DNA of 64,000 bases from Candidatus Spongiisociaceae bacterium (GTDB taxonomy: Bacteria; Actinomycetota; Acidimicrobiia; Spongiisociales; Spongiisociaceae), in NCBI GenBank assembly GCA_965262915.1, contig OZ253564.1, positions 2,432,001 to 2,496,000 of the forward strand, given 5' to 3'. Of the stretch, positions 1 to 9,521 are shown one piece after another (position 1 is the stretch's first letter; every line of letters starts with the position of its first letter). Made by a program: the position numbers and the translations under genes. The notes beneath the pieces are model-generated. The model did not search any database. It was given only the letters and a program-made list of their open reading frames with translations, and was not told where the DNA came from.

Positions 1-2
1 TT

Positions 3-1292
3 GAGCGGCGCCCCGTTGGCGTGCAGCGAGAAGTCGACGGGCGTGTCGGGGAAGATCGGACTCGTGTGCACCCGGATAGTCAGGGCAGGAGTGCGGAGGA
101 CCAACGCACCGCAGACCTCATCGACCCCTTCGCCACGGACCTCGGCCGGGGTGAACGGCGCTTCCGGGTAGTCGAGGGTTATCCGGCGGGCGCGGTCGGC
201 GTCATCCAGACGGAATGCAGGGTGGTTGGTCGACAGTTCCGCATCGTCGCCTTCGGCCACGACCACCACCGAACGGACGAACGACGGGGGGATACCGTCG
301 GGCAGCTTCCCGTCCCACAGGACACCGTCCCGGGCACTTACGGTGAGCCACGGCCCGGAGAGGTTCTCGCACGCGCGGGAAGGGGGGATAGTGGTGGTGG
401 TAGGGATAGTGGTGGTGGTAGTGGTCGGGATAGTAGTGGTTGTAGAGGTCGTGGGAGGTGGCGGAGGCTCGACGAATCTGAACTCCGGATGCGTGGTCGT
501 TTCCAAAGCGATGTGATCGCCACAACCCCCCGTCTCCATCATGTTGAGAAGGTTCTTGGTGTCACCTGACGGAGGGTCTCCTACGTAGAAGAGGCGGACA
601 TCGAGCCGAGTACCGAGTTGGGCGAGACGATCCGACAGGTCACCGTAGCCCGCTGCGACTTCCTCTTCCTGCGACTCGTCGCCGCACACCGCGGGGATCA
701 GGAGATCTGCTACCGCGTTGCCGACCCGCCGACTGGTGAGCCGACGCTGAAGGCCGTCGTACGCACGGGGGCTCCGGTCGCCCCGATAGGCGTCGCCAAG
801 GTCGTGACGCCCGTCGGTCAACCAGACCACCCGGTGGCAGTCGGCCGACCACTCGAGATCCAGCAGGCCGTACAGGGCGGCCACGTAGTCCGTGTTCAGG
901 TCGTGGTCGCCGAACTGTTCGATCGTGGACAGCAGGTCCTCGTTGCCGTTGGCCTGCAGGTCCGTGAAGTCGCGCCGCAACTCGAAGTCGGTACCGAAGG
1001 CCGCCAGGGCGAGGCGTACCCGCAGGCCTGCCCGGACGGACCTCTCGAGGGACGCTACGTAACGTTTCGCGGCGGCGATTCGCTCGCCGTCGGGGTCGTT
1101 GCGGCGCAGCGACTGGGACTCGTCCATGAGGATCAACACGTCCCACGACCGCGCCTCAGGCGGGCAGAATACGTCCGCATCCACAGGATCCTGACCCCGG
1201 GCCGGAACTACGACGATGGCGACGCCGGTTAGGGCAATGAGAACGGATATGGATATGACCGATCGGCGACCGCGACCCGTGGTTCGGGTCAT
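3..1292 (-). CDS. Secreted/membrane VWA-domain protein with Pro/Thr-rich linker (3' end runs off window)
   Basis: Manually translated from ATG 1292 (ATGA overlap with upstream gene): hydrophobic N-terminus, MIDAS-like DVLILMDESQSL and VVWLTDG, PPPPTTSTTTTIPTTTTTTIP linker at ~385-470. Absent from the ORF track because it is open at the edge. Confidence 0.8.
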   Translation of the reverse strand, partial: MTRTTGRGRRSVISISVLIALTGVAIVVVPARGQDPVDADVFCPPEARSWDVLILMDESQSLRRNDPDGERIAAAKRYVASLERSVRAGLRVRLALAAFGTDFELRRDFTDLQANGNEDLLSTIEQFGDHDLNTDYVAALYGLLDLEWSADCHRVVWLTDGRHDLGDAYRGDRSPRAYDGLQRRLTSRRVGNAVADLLIPAVCGDESQEEEVAAGYGDLSDRLAQLGTRLDVRLFYVGDPPSGDTKNLLNMMETGGCGDHIALETTTHPEFRFVEPPPPPTTSTTTTIPTTTTTTIPTTTTIPPSRACENLSGPWLTVSARDGVLWDGKLPDGIPPSFVRSVVVVAEGDDAELSTNHPAFRLDDADRARRITLDYPEAPFTPAEVRGEGVDEVCGALVLRTPALTIRVHTSPIFPDTPVDFSLHANGAPL

Positions 1293-1711
1293 ACCGGCCA
1301 CTCGCGGGCGATGCGGACAGCGATCAGGTAACCGCACCAGAGAGCTGCGCCGACGGAGGCGAGCAGCGACAGCCTGGCCAGAATGGTGGGTCTCCACCAC
1401 CGCTCCCGCCAGCTCGTCCGCTCGCGGGACCTTCCCAACTGGAATAGGGCGAAGCCGGGAAGCGACAGGACCAGTACGCCCAGGATTCCGCCGACTGCCC
1501 GTTGGAATCCCGGGTCACCGATGGCCCGCACCTCGTGGGCGATCAGAGCCGCCGTCACCGCGAGAGAGGTGCCGAGCAGTGCGACGGCCAGCCACCAGGC
1601 CCATGGGATGACATGCAACCCCGGTGGTCGGCGCCGAGCAGGCCGCCGCGAAACTCTTCTTCCTCTGTCGCTCCCGGAGGATCGCGGATCTAACTCGAAC
1701 TCGTAACCCAT
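1289..1711 (-). CDS. Hypothetical membrane protein (about 3 TM helices)
   Basis: Three hydrophobic segments; translationally coupled to the VWA gene. Confidence 0.65.
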   Translation of the reverse strand: MGYEFELDPRSSGSDRGRRVSRRPARRRPPGLHVIPWAWWLAVALLGTSLAVTAALIAHEVRAIGDPGFQRAVGGILGVLVLSLPGFALFQLGRSRERTSWRERWWRPTILARLSLLASVGAALWCGYLIAVRIAREWPV

Positions 1712-1839
1712 GGAACGCCTGTCGTTACTCCGCCCGCCGCATGCCGAAACGGATCTCCTCTACATATAGGGAACGATTCGGACAATAGCAATATCGGGGC
1801 TGATCCTTGCCCTGTGATTTGTCGTCGGAGGTGGTTGGG

Positions 1840-3204
1840 CTATCCGTTTGCCCGATACGGCAGGCGTCGGATGATCCGGCTCAGGAGCTCGGCGGTGAGT
1901 CCGAGCGAACCCACGCCGATGCGCTCGTCGTTGCCGTGGAACATCCCCAAGAAGTCGCTCAACGGGACCCGGTCGTCGAAGAGGCCCACGCCGTATGCTT
2001 TGATCCCTTTGGCGCGGAAGAAGCGGGCGTCGGTGGTCGCCGGGGTCATGGCCGGTACGATCCTGCGGCTCCCGGTCATGGATTCGTAGGCGTCGCCGAT
2101 GGCTTCCCAGAGCGGTCCGTCGGCGGCGGACGAGTTGGCCGGATAGTCGATCACAGACTCGATATCGATCTCGTCGTAGAGGGGTCCCAGGACTTTGCGG
2201 AGATGGTCGTCGATCGTCTGGTCCGTCTGGCCGGGAAGGACCCGGATGTCGAGAGCCGTGTCGGCCCGGTCGGCCACCGTATTGGCTTTGGTTCCCCCGC
2301 TCACCAGGTTGGGGCTGAGGGTCAGGTGGGTGCAGGCATGCGCCCAGCGGGCCAGCAGCGGGTCTTCGGTGGCCATGAGTTCGATCTCGGCATCTACCAG
2401 GTCCGGGTCGAGGAGGGCGGCCGCACGGGCGGGTTCCCAGCCCACCCCTCCCACGAAGCTTCGCCACTCGGGGGTGATCTCGACGGGGCTTCCCGAACGG
2501 GCGATAGCGACGATGGCCTCCGCCACCTTGACCACCGCGTTGTCGGTTCCGTAGGGCTGGCTGCCGTGTGACGGTACGCCGGAGCCTCTGACGATCCTCC
2601 AAGACGGACCCTTCTCGGCCACTTTGACCGGGTAGACCGGCGGCCGGCCCGGGCTGCGGATGGCCGGGGAGGCGACCTCGGTGAGCACGTAGTCGCATTC
2701 GATCAACTCGGGCCGGTGGTCCATGAGCCATCCGGCGCCCAGACCTCCCCCCTCCTCCTCGTCGGCCACGGCGAGATAGACCAGGTCACCCGGCGGAGGG
2801 GGCGACTCCCCCGTCAGGTAGGGCTTGAAGACGACCGCCATCGCGGCGGTCAGGTTGAGCATGTCCACCGCCCCCCGGCCCCATACCATCCCGTCGATGA
2901 CCTCGGCGCCGAACGGGTCCACCGACCACCCTTCCTCGGTGACCGGCACCACGTCCAGATGGCCCATCAACAGCAGGCAGGGTGCGGCCGGGTCGCTCCC
3001 CGGAATCCGGTACACCACGCTCTGGCGGTCCGGCGCCGGTTCCACCACCTCCCCCGATGCACCGAAGTAGGCCTCGAGGGTCGTCACCGATCGGGCCTCG
3101 TGACCCGAGGCCGGCGACCCGTCGTTGACGCAGCGGTTCCGGATGAGTGCTTGGAGGAGCTCGAGCACCTCTCCCTCGGTATGGGTGACGGGTCGGTCGC
3201 TCAT
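1840..3204 (-). CDS. M20/M25/M40 family metallo-hydrolase
   Basis: GHLDVVP, WGRGAVDM, ADEEEGG and HGNDERI motifs. Confidence 0.92.
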   Translation of the reverse strand: MSDRPVTHTEGEVLELLQALIRNRCVNDGSPASGHEARSVTTLEAYFGASGEVVEPAPDRQSVVYRIPGSDPAAPCLLLMGHLDVVPVTEEGWSVDPFGAEVIDGMVWGRGAVDMLNLTAAMAVVFKPYLTGESPPPPGDLVYLAVADEEEGGGLGAGWLMDHRPELIECDYVLTEVASPAIRSPGRPPVYPVKVAEKGPSWRIVRGSGVPSHGSQPYGTDNAVVKVAEAIVAIARSGSPVEITPEWRSFVGGVGWEPARAAALLDPDLVDAEIELMATEDPLLARWAHACTHLTLSPNLVSGGTKANTVADRADTALDIRVLPGQTDQTIDDHLRKVLGPLYDEIDIESVIDYPANSSAADGPLWEAIGDAYESMTGSRRIVPAMTPATTDARFFRAKGIKAYGVGLFDDRVPLSDFLGMFHGNDERIGVGSLGLTAELLSRIIRRLPYRANG

Positions 3205-3608
3205 ATCCCCAGTTTCTCCAGCAGGTTGTACATCGTGGGAGTGAGGGGGAGGGAACGCAGCTCCTCGAGGGGCACGAAGGCGGCCGCGCTCGCGTCGTCC
3301 CCCGCTGCCAGCTCACCGCCGGTCACCCTACCGGCGTAGTCGACCAGCACCACGTGGTGTTCGGGTGGGTCGCCCTCTCCCAACGCCTCCCCTACCCAGA
3401 CCACGTTTCCGAGCGCAACCTCCAAGCCGGTCTCCTCCTGTATTTCCCGCACCGCGGCGTCGGTGAGGCGCTCGCCGTAGCGGACCTTCCCGCCCGGTAT
3501 TGCCCAGGAGCCCACGAGGGGGCCGCTCCCCCTCTCCACCAGCAGCATCCTCCCCTGGTCGATGACCACCACCCCGACTCCCACCAGCGGGCGTTCCTTG
3601 CCGGTCAC
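3201..3608 (-). CDS. NUDIX hydrolase
   Basis: Nudix box GGKVRYGERLTDAAVREIQEETGL. Confidence 0.93.
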   Translation of the reverse strand: MTGKERPLVGVGVVVIDQGRMLLVERGSGPLVGSWAIPGGKVRYGERLTDAAVREIQEETGLEVALGNVVWVGEALGEGDPPEHHVVLVDYAGRVTGGELAAGDDASAAAFVPLEELRSLPLTPTMYNLLEKLGI

Positions 3609-4123
3609 GGGCGGTAGGCCTCCCTTATGCGGCGACCCCCGTCGGGGCGGTCGCTGTGGTGCATGACGATCGTACGGGCCGAGAAGCCCCCGGCCTCGAA
3701 GAAGTTCTTGGCCAGACGGTGGCCCGGCAGTACGTGGGCATCGAAAAGGTGGTGTCCCATGGCGCGATAATCGTCCATGAGGGTATCCCTCATGATCTCA
3801 CCCACCCCCACGCCCCGGGCGGGTTCCTCCACGAACACCAGGTGGATGGCCGCTACCGGAGTGCCCTCCTCGTGGGCCAGCAGGGACTCGGTGCGCCCGT
3901 AGATGAAACCGAGTGGGTAGCCGTCCACCTCGCCGATGTACACCCGCGACCCCGCGTCGGCGATCCGGTCCCGGAACGACTCGTCGACCGGTTCGTCGAG
4001 GCCGTCGGCTCGGGGCCACATCGGATGTATCGCAACCATCTCGGCCTCCAGCTTGCGGTACAGATCGACCAGGATGCCCACATCCTCGGTTCCGGCAAGC
4101 CGGGTGGTGACCGAGATACCCAT
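3605..4123 (-). CDS. GNAT family N-acetyltransferase
   Basis: FVEEPARGVGVG acetyl-CoA motif; AKNFFEAGGF. Confidence 0.88.
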   Translation of the reverse strand: MGISVTTRLAGTEDVGILVDLYRKLEAEMVAIHPMWPRADGLDEPVDESFRDRIADAGSRVYIGEVDGYPLGFIYGRTESLLAHEEGTPVAAIHLVFVEEPARGVGVGEIMRDTLMDDYRAMGHHLFDAHVLPGHRLAKNFFEAGGFSARTIVMHHSDRPDGGRRIREAYRP

Positions 4124-4186
4124 CTTGGGGGGTGAGGGTAGCGGTATGCGCCCTGAACCCCGCTATCCGCCGATCCGCTGCGGCAA

Positions 4187-4543
4187 TCAGGCGCAATCGA
4201 AGCAGAGCGTGTTCCGGCGGTCGGCCAGCTGCACGTTCTTGAGTACCAGGAAACAGGAGCGGCACACGAACTCGTCGCCGCGGCGATCCTGTGAACCGGC
4301 ATCGAGGGCCATCTCCTGGCGGCGTATCGCCATGATCTCGGATGCCTCGTCGACCAGGATGGTGGCGGACTCGTTGGTCTCTACTGTCTGGAGTTCCTCC
4401 GCTTCGAGAGCGTCGAGGGTGCCGGTGCCGTCCTGTTCCTCGTCGTCATCGTCGTCGTCCACCAGGTCGAAGTCGTCGCGGTCGACCTCTTCGTTGTGAT
4501 TCTCGGCGTCGTCCCCGAACGGATCCTGGCTTACGGTTACCAA
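4187..4543 (-). CDS. DUF4193-like acidic protein with C-terminal Zn-binding motif
   Basis: Very acidic body; DEFVCRSCFLV...LCFDCA ending typical of actinobacterial DUF4193. Confidence 0.8.
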   Translation of the reverse strand: MVTVSQDPFGDDAENHNEEVDRDDFDLVDDDDDDEEQDGTGTLDALEAEELQTVETNESATILVDEASEIMAIRRQEMALDAGSQDRRGDEFVCRSCFLVLKNVQLADRRNTLCFDCA

Positions 4544-4622
4544 CCCACTCCCTTACGCGGCGGCGAGTATAGACGGCTCATCCGCGGGCGGGTCACCAGT
4601 TCGCCCCTGCGGCCCGGCCCCA

Positions 4623-5507
4623 TCATACTTTCAGCACCACGCGGCCGGCTTGGAGCCGGACCACGAGGGGCGTCTCGCCGATCGGGTCGCCGTCCACTTC
4701 CACCGGCCACCGCTCAGTGGCCTCGACCCGTACCTCGGGCGCCACGTACCGCCGGACCGCCGGGTCCGAGAGGTGGTTGCCTCCCCGGGCCTTGGACATC
4801 AGCCTCCCCACTTCCCGCTTGCGGGCGGTTATGACCTGGATGTCGAGCAGTTGGTCGACCATCGAGGCGCGGGGGGCTATGTTGAAGCCACCGCCGAAGA
4901 ACTGGCCGTTGGCGACTATCACCCCCAGCGACTTTCCTTCGAAGCGCCGTCCACCGGCTTCGAGCACGATGTCGGATCTGCGGAACCCGGGCAGCGAAGC
5001 GGCGACCCCTCCCACGTAGCGGAAGGTTCCCAGCCATCCGGGTAGGCGGAGGGCGGCGACCGCCGCCGCGGCCGTTGCGCCGGTGGCGGCCACGTTGAGG
5101 AAGAAGCGCCGTCCCCACTCACCGATCGCCAGGCCCACATCGACCGGGTAGGTCGTGTCCCCGGCGAGGCGGTCGGCGGCGTCGCCGATCCGGTTGCCGA
5201 TCCCGAAGGTGCGGAGCAGGTCGCAGCCGGTCCCGGCGGGCAGCACGCCGAGGACGGGGGGCGTGTCCCATGGGTGGCCCAGCACGGCGTTGAGCACCGC
5301 GTTGACGGTCCCGTCCCCGCCTACCGCCACGAACCGGTCCCTGCCGTCGGCGACGGCCCGGCTGACCGCGTCACTCAAGGCTGGGATGCCGTCCACTACG
5401 ACAACGTCGGCCGGCACCTGCCGCGAACGCAGCGCGGTTTCGGCTCGCGCCTCCGCGTGGCGGCCCCGGCCGGCATAGGGGTTGACGAGGGCCAACCACC
5501 GTGTCAT
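4623..5507 (-). CDS. Diacylglycerol/lipid kinase family protein (YegS/Rv2252-like)
   Basis: VNPYAG, GGDGTVN, PAGTGCD, FFGGG and EVDGD motifs. Confidence 0.92.
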   Translation of the reverse strand: MTRWLALVNPYAGRGRHAEARAETALRSRQVPADVVVVDGIPALSDAVSRAVADGRDRFVAVGGDGTVNAVLNAVLGHPWDTPPVLGVLPAGTGCDLLRTFGIGNRIGDAADRLAGDTTYPVDVGLAIGEWGRRFFLNVAATGATAAAAVAALRLPGWLGTFRYVGGVAASLPGFRRSDIVLEAGGRRFEGKSLGVIVANGQFFGGGFNIAPRASMVDQLLDIQVITARKREVGRLMSKARGGNHLSDPAVRRYVAPEVRVEATERWPVEVDGDPIGETPLVVRLQAGRVVLKV

Positions 5508-7546
5508 GTGACGCCACCTGCCGCGACGACCCCCCTGTCCACGGCGGCCTGGACCCTGGCGACCACCCGGCCCAGGTCCTCGATTCCCAGCGCCTCGGCC
5601 ACATCCCGGAGCTGGCGCAGCACGTCGAGCACCTGGCGGGCGGTGCGCACGAAGTCCCCCGGATCCAAGGTGGTGTCCTCCAGGAGATCCTCCAGGTCAC
5701 GGTTGCGCGCCCAGGCATAGGCGAGATAGCCGAAGCCCGTCTGGGGCGGGCGGGTGATGGGCAGCCGGTGGGCCCGCTCGCCGGTGGTGTGGTGGTCCCA
5801 CAGGTCGACCACCCGTTCCCAGCGCTGGTCGAGGGGCTCGGTGGGCCACCCCTCGTCGGTGTCAGCGTCGCGCCGTGGCTCGTACACGAAGGCAGAGACC
5901 AGGGCAGCTAGCTCCGCCGGGGCCAGGCCCGAGAAACACCCGGCCCGTACGGCCTCCACGAGGAGGAAGTCCATGTCGTTGTAGACCATGCGTAGCGCCT
6001 GGCCGGGTGCCTCCAGCGTCCATCCTGTGAGAAATCCGCGTTCTTCCAGCAGCTCCCGTGCCCGGTGGAATTGGTTCACCAGGCTGCCCCGCTCGTCCGG
6101 GGACCTCCGGCCGGACCGGCGGCGGCCGCTCGGGCCCCGCCTCCCCCCGCGCCGCTGGAACTCGGCGAAGGAGGCTTCCAGCAGGCGCTCCGCCCGGCGG
6201 CGGGGGTAGTTGGCGATCAGGTTGACGACCATGTTGTAGGTGGGCCGGAAGCTGGACCGGAGCGGGTGGCTGCCCAGGTCGGCGATCGACACCATCCGTT
6301 CGAACGGCACGTATGGCGAGTGGAGCACCACGCCGTGGCCCACCGTGTCGATACCCCTCCGGCCCGCCCGTCCCGTGAGCTGGGTGAACTCGCCGGGCAG
6401 CATCAGCTCGTGGCCCTCGCCGGTGAACTTGCTCAGCCGGTCGAGCACCACGGTGCGGGCGGGCATGTTGATGCCCAGGGCCAGCGTCTCGGTGGCGAAC
6501 ACCAGCTTGACCAGACCGTCGCAGAAGAGCTGCTCGGTCACCTCCTTGAAGGCCGGTACCAGCCCGGCGTGATGGGCGGCAACCCCCCTCTCGAGGCCCG
6601 CCAGCCACCGGTCGTAGCCGAGCGCCCGCAGGTCGGACCACTCCAGGTGGGCGGTACCCTCCTCCGCCCGGCGCCGGATCTCCTCCCGCTCCCCGTCGTC
6701 GGTGAGCCGGACGCCGGCGTCGGCCACCCGGGCCGCGGACTCGTCGCAGCCGATCCGCGAGAAGACGAAGTAGATGGCCGGCAGCATGTCCAGGAAGGCC
6801 AGGTGCTCCACCACCCTCAGCCGTCTCGGGGTGCCGAACCTCTTCCGGCGCCCGCCCCGGCGGGCCAGGATCCGGGGAATGGAGCCGTTCGGTCTGAGAC
6901 CACGGGCGGTGTCGATGAACAGGGGCAACAGGTGGACCCCGTTGTCGTGGCGGTCCCAGACCGACCACCACCTCTCCAGTCGCACCGGCCGGTGGTCCTC
7001 GATGATCAACTCGGTGGGGCCGCGCCTGGATCGGAGCCAGTCGGTGAACTCGTCGGCGTTGGCCACGGTGGCCGAGAGGCATATCAGACCGATATGGCGG
7101 GGAGCGTGGATGATCACCTCCTCCCACACCGCTCCCCGGAACCGGTCCTGGAGGTAATGGACCTCGTCGAGGACCACGGTGTCGACCATCCGCAGGTCGG
7201 TGCCGGCGTAGATCATGTTCCTGAGGACCTCGGTGGTCATCACGACGATGGGCGCCCCGCCGTTGACGGTGTTGTCCCCGGTGAGCAGTCCCACCCGGTC
7301 GGGCCCGTATACGCGGGTGAAGTCACGAAACTTCTGGTTTGAGAGGGCCTTCAACGGGGTGGTGTAGAACACTCGGCGACCCCTCTCGAGACTCAGGTGC
7401 GCCGCCGCCTCGGCCACTAGCGTCTTGCCGGCCCCGGTAGGCGCCGTCACCACCACCGACCCCCCGCGCTCCACCGCCTCGGCGGCCACGACCTGGAAGG
7501 GATCGGGCTCGAAGGGTAGGGACTCGAAGAATCCGTCGATCCTCAC
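5504..7546 (-). CDS. helY: Ski2-like DEAD/DEAH-box helicase HelY
   Basis: APTGAGKT, PLKALSNQK, DEVH, LSAT, HHAG, QLTGRAGRRG; GTG start at 7546 overlaps the tatC stop; canonical position after tatC. Confidence 0.9.
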   Translation of the reverse strand: MRIDGFFESLPFEPDPFQVVAAEAVERGGSVVVTAPTGAGKTLVAEAAAHLSLERGRRVFYTTPLKALSNQKFRDFTRVYGPDRVGLLTGDNTVNGGAPIVVMTTEVLRNMIYAGTDLRMVDTVVLDEVHYLQDRFRGAVWEEVIIHAPRHIGLICLSATVANADEFTDWLRSRRGPTELIIEDHRPVRLERWWSVWDRHDNGVHLLPLFIDTARGLRPNGSIPRILARRGGRRKRFGTPRRLRVVEHLAFLDMLPAIYFVFSRIGCDESAARVADAGVRLTDDGEREEIRRRAEEGTAHLEWSDLRALGYDRWLAGLERGVAAHHAGLVPAFKEVTEQLFCDGLVKLVFATETLALGINMPARTVVLDRLSKFTGEGHELMLPGEFTQLTGRAGRRGIDTVGHGVVLHSPYVPFERMVSIADLGSHPLRSSFRPTYNMVVNLIANYPRRRAERLLEASFAEFQRRGGRRGPSGRRRSGRRSPDERGSLVNQFHRARELLEERGFLTGWTLEAPGQALRMVYNDMDFLLVEAVRAGCFSGLAPAELAALVSAFVYEPRRDADTDEGWPTEPLDQRWERVVDLWDHHTTGERAHRLPITRPPQTGFGYLAYAWARNRDLEDLLEDTTLDPGDFVRTARQVLDVLRQLRDVAEALGIEDLGRVVARVQAAVDRGVVAAGGVT

Positions 7547-8262
7547 TTCTTGAGGGTCCACCGGATGATCCAGATGGTGGCCTCGTAGAACACGTAGAGG
7601 GGGGTGGCGAGTAATAACAGGGTGAGAGGATCGCCGGTGGGGCTCACCACCGCCCCGACGACCACGATGATGAGCACCGCCCAGCGGCGGCCGGCGGCCA
7701 GCTTGTCGGACGTCACCGCTCCCGCGGCGGCCGCTCCGAACAGGAATACCGGGAACTGGAACGAGATGCCGAACAGCAGCAGGTAGCGGATCACGAACCG
7801 GGTGAAGTACTCGACGGTCCATAGGTTCTCGAGCTGGTCGAAGATCGATCCCAGAACACCGACGACGCGGGGAAGCGTCCAGTAGGCGAACCCGACACCG
7901 AAGCAGAAGAGCACGACGAGAGCCCCCACGACGGGGAAGGCCCACTTGCGCTCCTTGGTGGTGAGGCCGGGGTTTACGAAGGACCATGCCTGGTAGCAGA
8001 TGACCGGACTGGCCAGCATCGCCCCTCCGAAGAGGGCCATGCGCATGGCGATCGAGAACTGGTCGGTCGGGCCCGTGACTACCAGGTCCCGGCCGGCCAC
8101 TTCGCTGTAGGAGCGTTGTATCAGGTCGAGCAGGAGGTTACGGAAGAAGAAGGCCACCACTGCACCCACCGCGATCGCGGACAGCGTCTTGATCAACCTC
8201 GACCGCAGCTCGGTCAGGTGACCCATCAAGGGCTGGCTCGACGAATCGGTCACATCGGTCAT
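7543..8262 (-). CDS. tatC: Twin-arginine translocase subunit TatC
   Basis: HLTELRSRL, PGLTTKER, SPTGDP; multiple TM segments. Confidence 0.96.
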   Translation of the reverse strand: MTDVTDSSSQPLMGHLTELRSRLIKTLSAIAVGAVVAFFFRNLLLDLIQRSYSEVAGRDLVVTGPTDQFSIAMRMALFGGAMLASPVICYQAWSFVNPGLTTKERKWAFPVVGALVVLFCFGVGFAYWTLPRVVGVLGSIFDQLENLWTVEYFTRFVIRYLLLFGISFQFPVFLFGAAAAGAVTSDKLAAGRRWAVLIIVVVGAVVSPTGDPLTLLLLATPLYVFYEATIWIIRWTLKK

Positions 8263-8948
8263 GAACCGTCCTGCTCCGCCACGCTGTCCTCCGGTGGGGT
8301 CTCGTCCGCTCCGTCGCTCGCCTGCCCGGCGCCCTCTCCGTCAGGCGGAGGGTCGGCGGGAGGCGGTGGATGTACGGATTCGGGCATCGGGTCCCCCATG
8401 CCTTCCCATACATCGCTCGGGGACACCCCGGTGGGCGGATCCGGAGCTATCCACCGTGCCTGGGGGGTCTTGGCGCCGGTGGCGGCCGTTTCCGTGGCGC
8501 TGGCAGCCTGCTTACTAGCGGTGGTTTGTGGTGGGGTTCCGCCGGTCGCGGCGGCCGCTCCTGTGGCGCTGGCAGCCTGCTTACTAGCGGTGGTTTGTGG
8601 TGGGGTTCCGCCGGTCGCGGCGGCCGCTCCTGTGGCGCCGGCCAGCGGACCCTTGGCCGAACGCCTGATGTCCCGCTCGGCCGACTTGGCCACATCGGCG
8701 GTCTCGGTCAATGTGCGGCGCACATCGGAGACGGGTTTGGACAGGTCCTCTTTGATCTCCTTGATGGGGTCGCGGAGGGGACCGATCTCCTGCTCGATGC
8801 CCTGTCGCAGGTCGGTCACCGCCGCCTTCAACTCGCGCAGGTGCCTCCCGATCGTGCGGGCGATGTCCGGAAGGCGGCCCGGTCCGAACACCACCAGAGC
8901 GATCACCGCGATGGTGAGGATCTCGGCACCGCTCAGGGACTCGAACAT
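8259..8948 (-). CDS. tatB: Twin-arginine translocase TatB (TatA/B family) with long low-complexity tail
   Basis: MFESLSGAEILTIAVIALVVFGPGRLPDIAR; ATG 8948 preceded by TACCAT-N6 (leaderless-type). Confidence 0.85.
   Translation of the reverse strand: MFESLSGAEILTIAVIALVVFGPGRLPDIARTIGRHLRELKAAVTDLRQGIEQEIGPLRDPIKEIKEDLSKPVSDVRRTLTETADVAKSAERDIRRSAKGPLAGATGAAAATGGTPPQTTASKQAASATGAAAATGGTPPQTTASKQAASATETAATGAKTPQARWIAPDPPTGVSPSDVWEGMGDPMPESVHPPPPADPPPDGEGAGQASDGADETPPEDSVAEQDGS
8494..8638. repeat. In-frame 69-bp perfect tandem duplication inside tatB
   Basis: 8494-8562 = 8563-8631; encodes ATGAAAATGGTPPQTTASKQAAS twice. Confidence 0.95.
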
Positions 8949-9169
8949 GGGGCAATGGTACAGCCGTCCCCGGGGCGTGATGCTACCGGCCCGGGGACCT
9001 TCCCGCGTCACCTGCCCGAGCGCTCCGGAGGGTCGGCCCGCGCCCTCACGATCCCCGGTGTGGACCCCGCCGGTGGTGTCTCCCGCCACCTCCCGAACCG
9101 ACCGGTCGACCGTGTCGGGGGATCTCGCCGGTCGCGGCGGGCGCTTCGGCAGGCACGGCCGGGTCAGGA

Positions 9170-9340
9170 CAAGAGGGTTGTACGTGTCACAGATCTGGTG
9201 CGCACTGAAGGTGCCGCAAGCACAAACATCACCGCCGGTCCGGATGCGGTGATCATCGTCGAGCACCGGTTGGGTTACGTAAGAGGATCCGCGTCGGGCC
9301 GTGTACGAATCGAGGCCGGGTATCGGGCGTTTTTCGCGGG
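9170..9340 (+). ncRNA. Diverged relative of the TGTCAC-promoter structured ncRNA family (copy D)
   Basis: CAAGAGGGTTG..TGTCAC(9185)-N10-CGCACT, AAACATCACCGCCGGTCCG, hairpin ATCACCGC/GCGGTGAT, and end motif GGGCGTTTTTCGCG shared with copies A and B. Shorter, with a weak -10 box. Confidence 0.4.
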
Positions 9341-9521
9341 TTGGGTCGGCCCCTCAGAGCACGGGGCGGCGTCTGCCTGGTGCAGGTCACCCGGATGTCG
9401 GCCGTCTCGCGCGGGATAAAGACATCGGTCGGCCCTCGCTGCCGACCGGCGGCGTCGGGACTTCGCCGTCCCGCCCACGTCGGAAGCGGATGGCGCTCTC
9501 GATCCGGTCACTACGGCCGGT

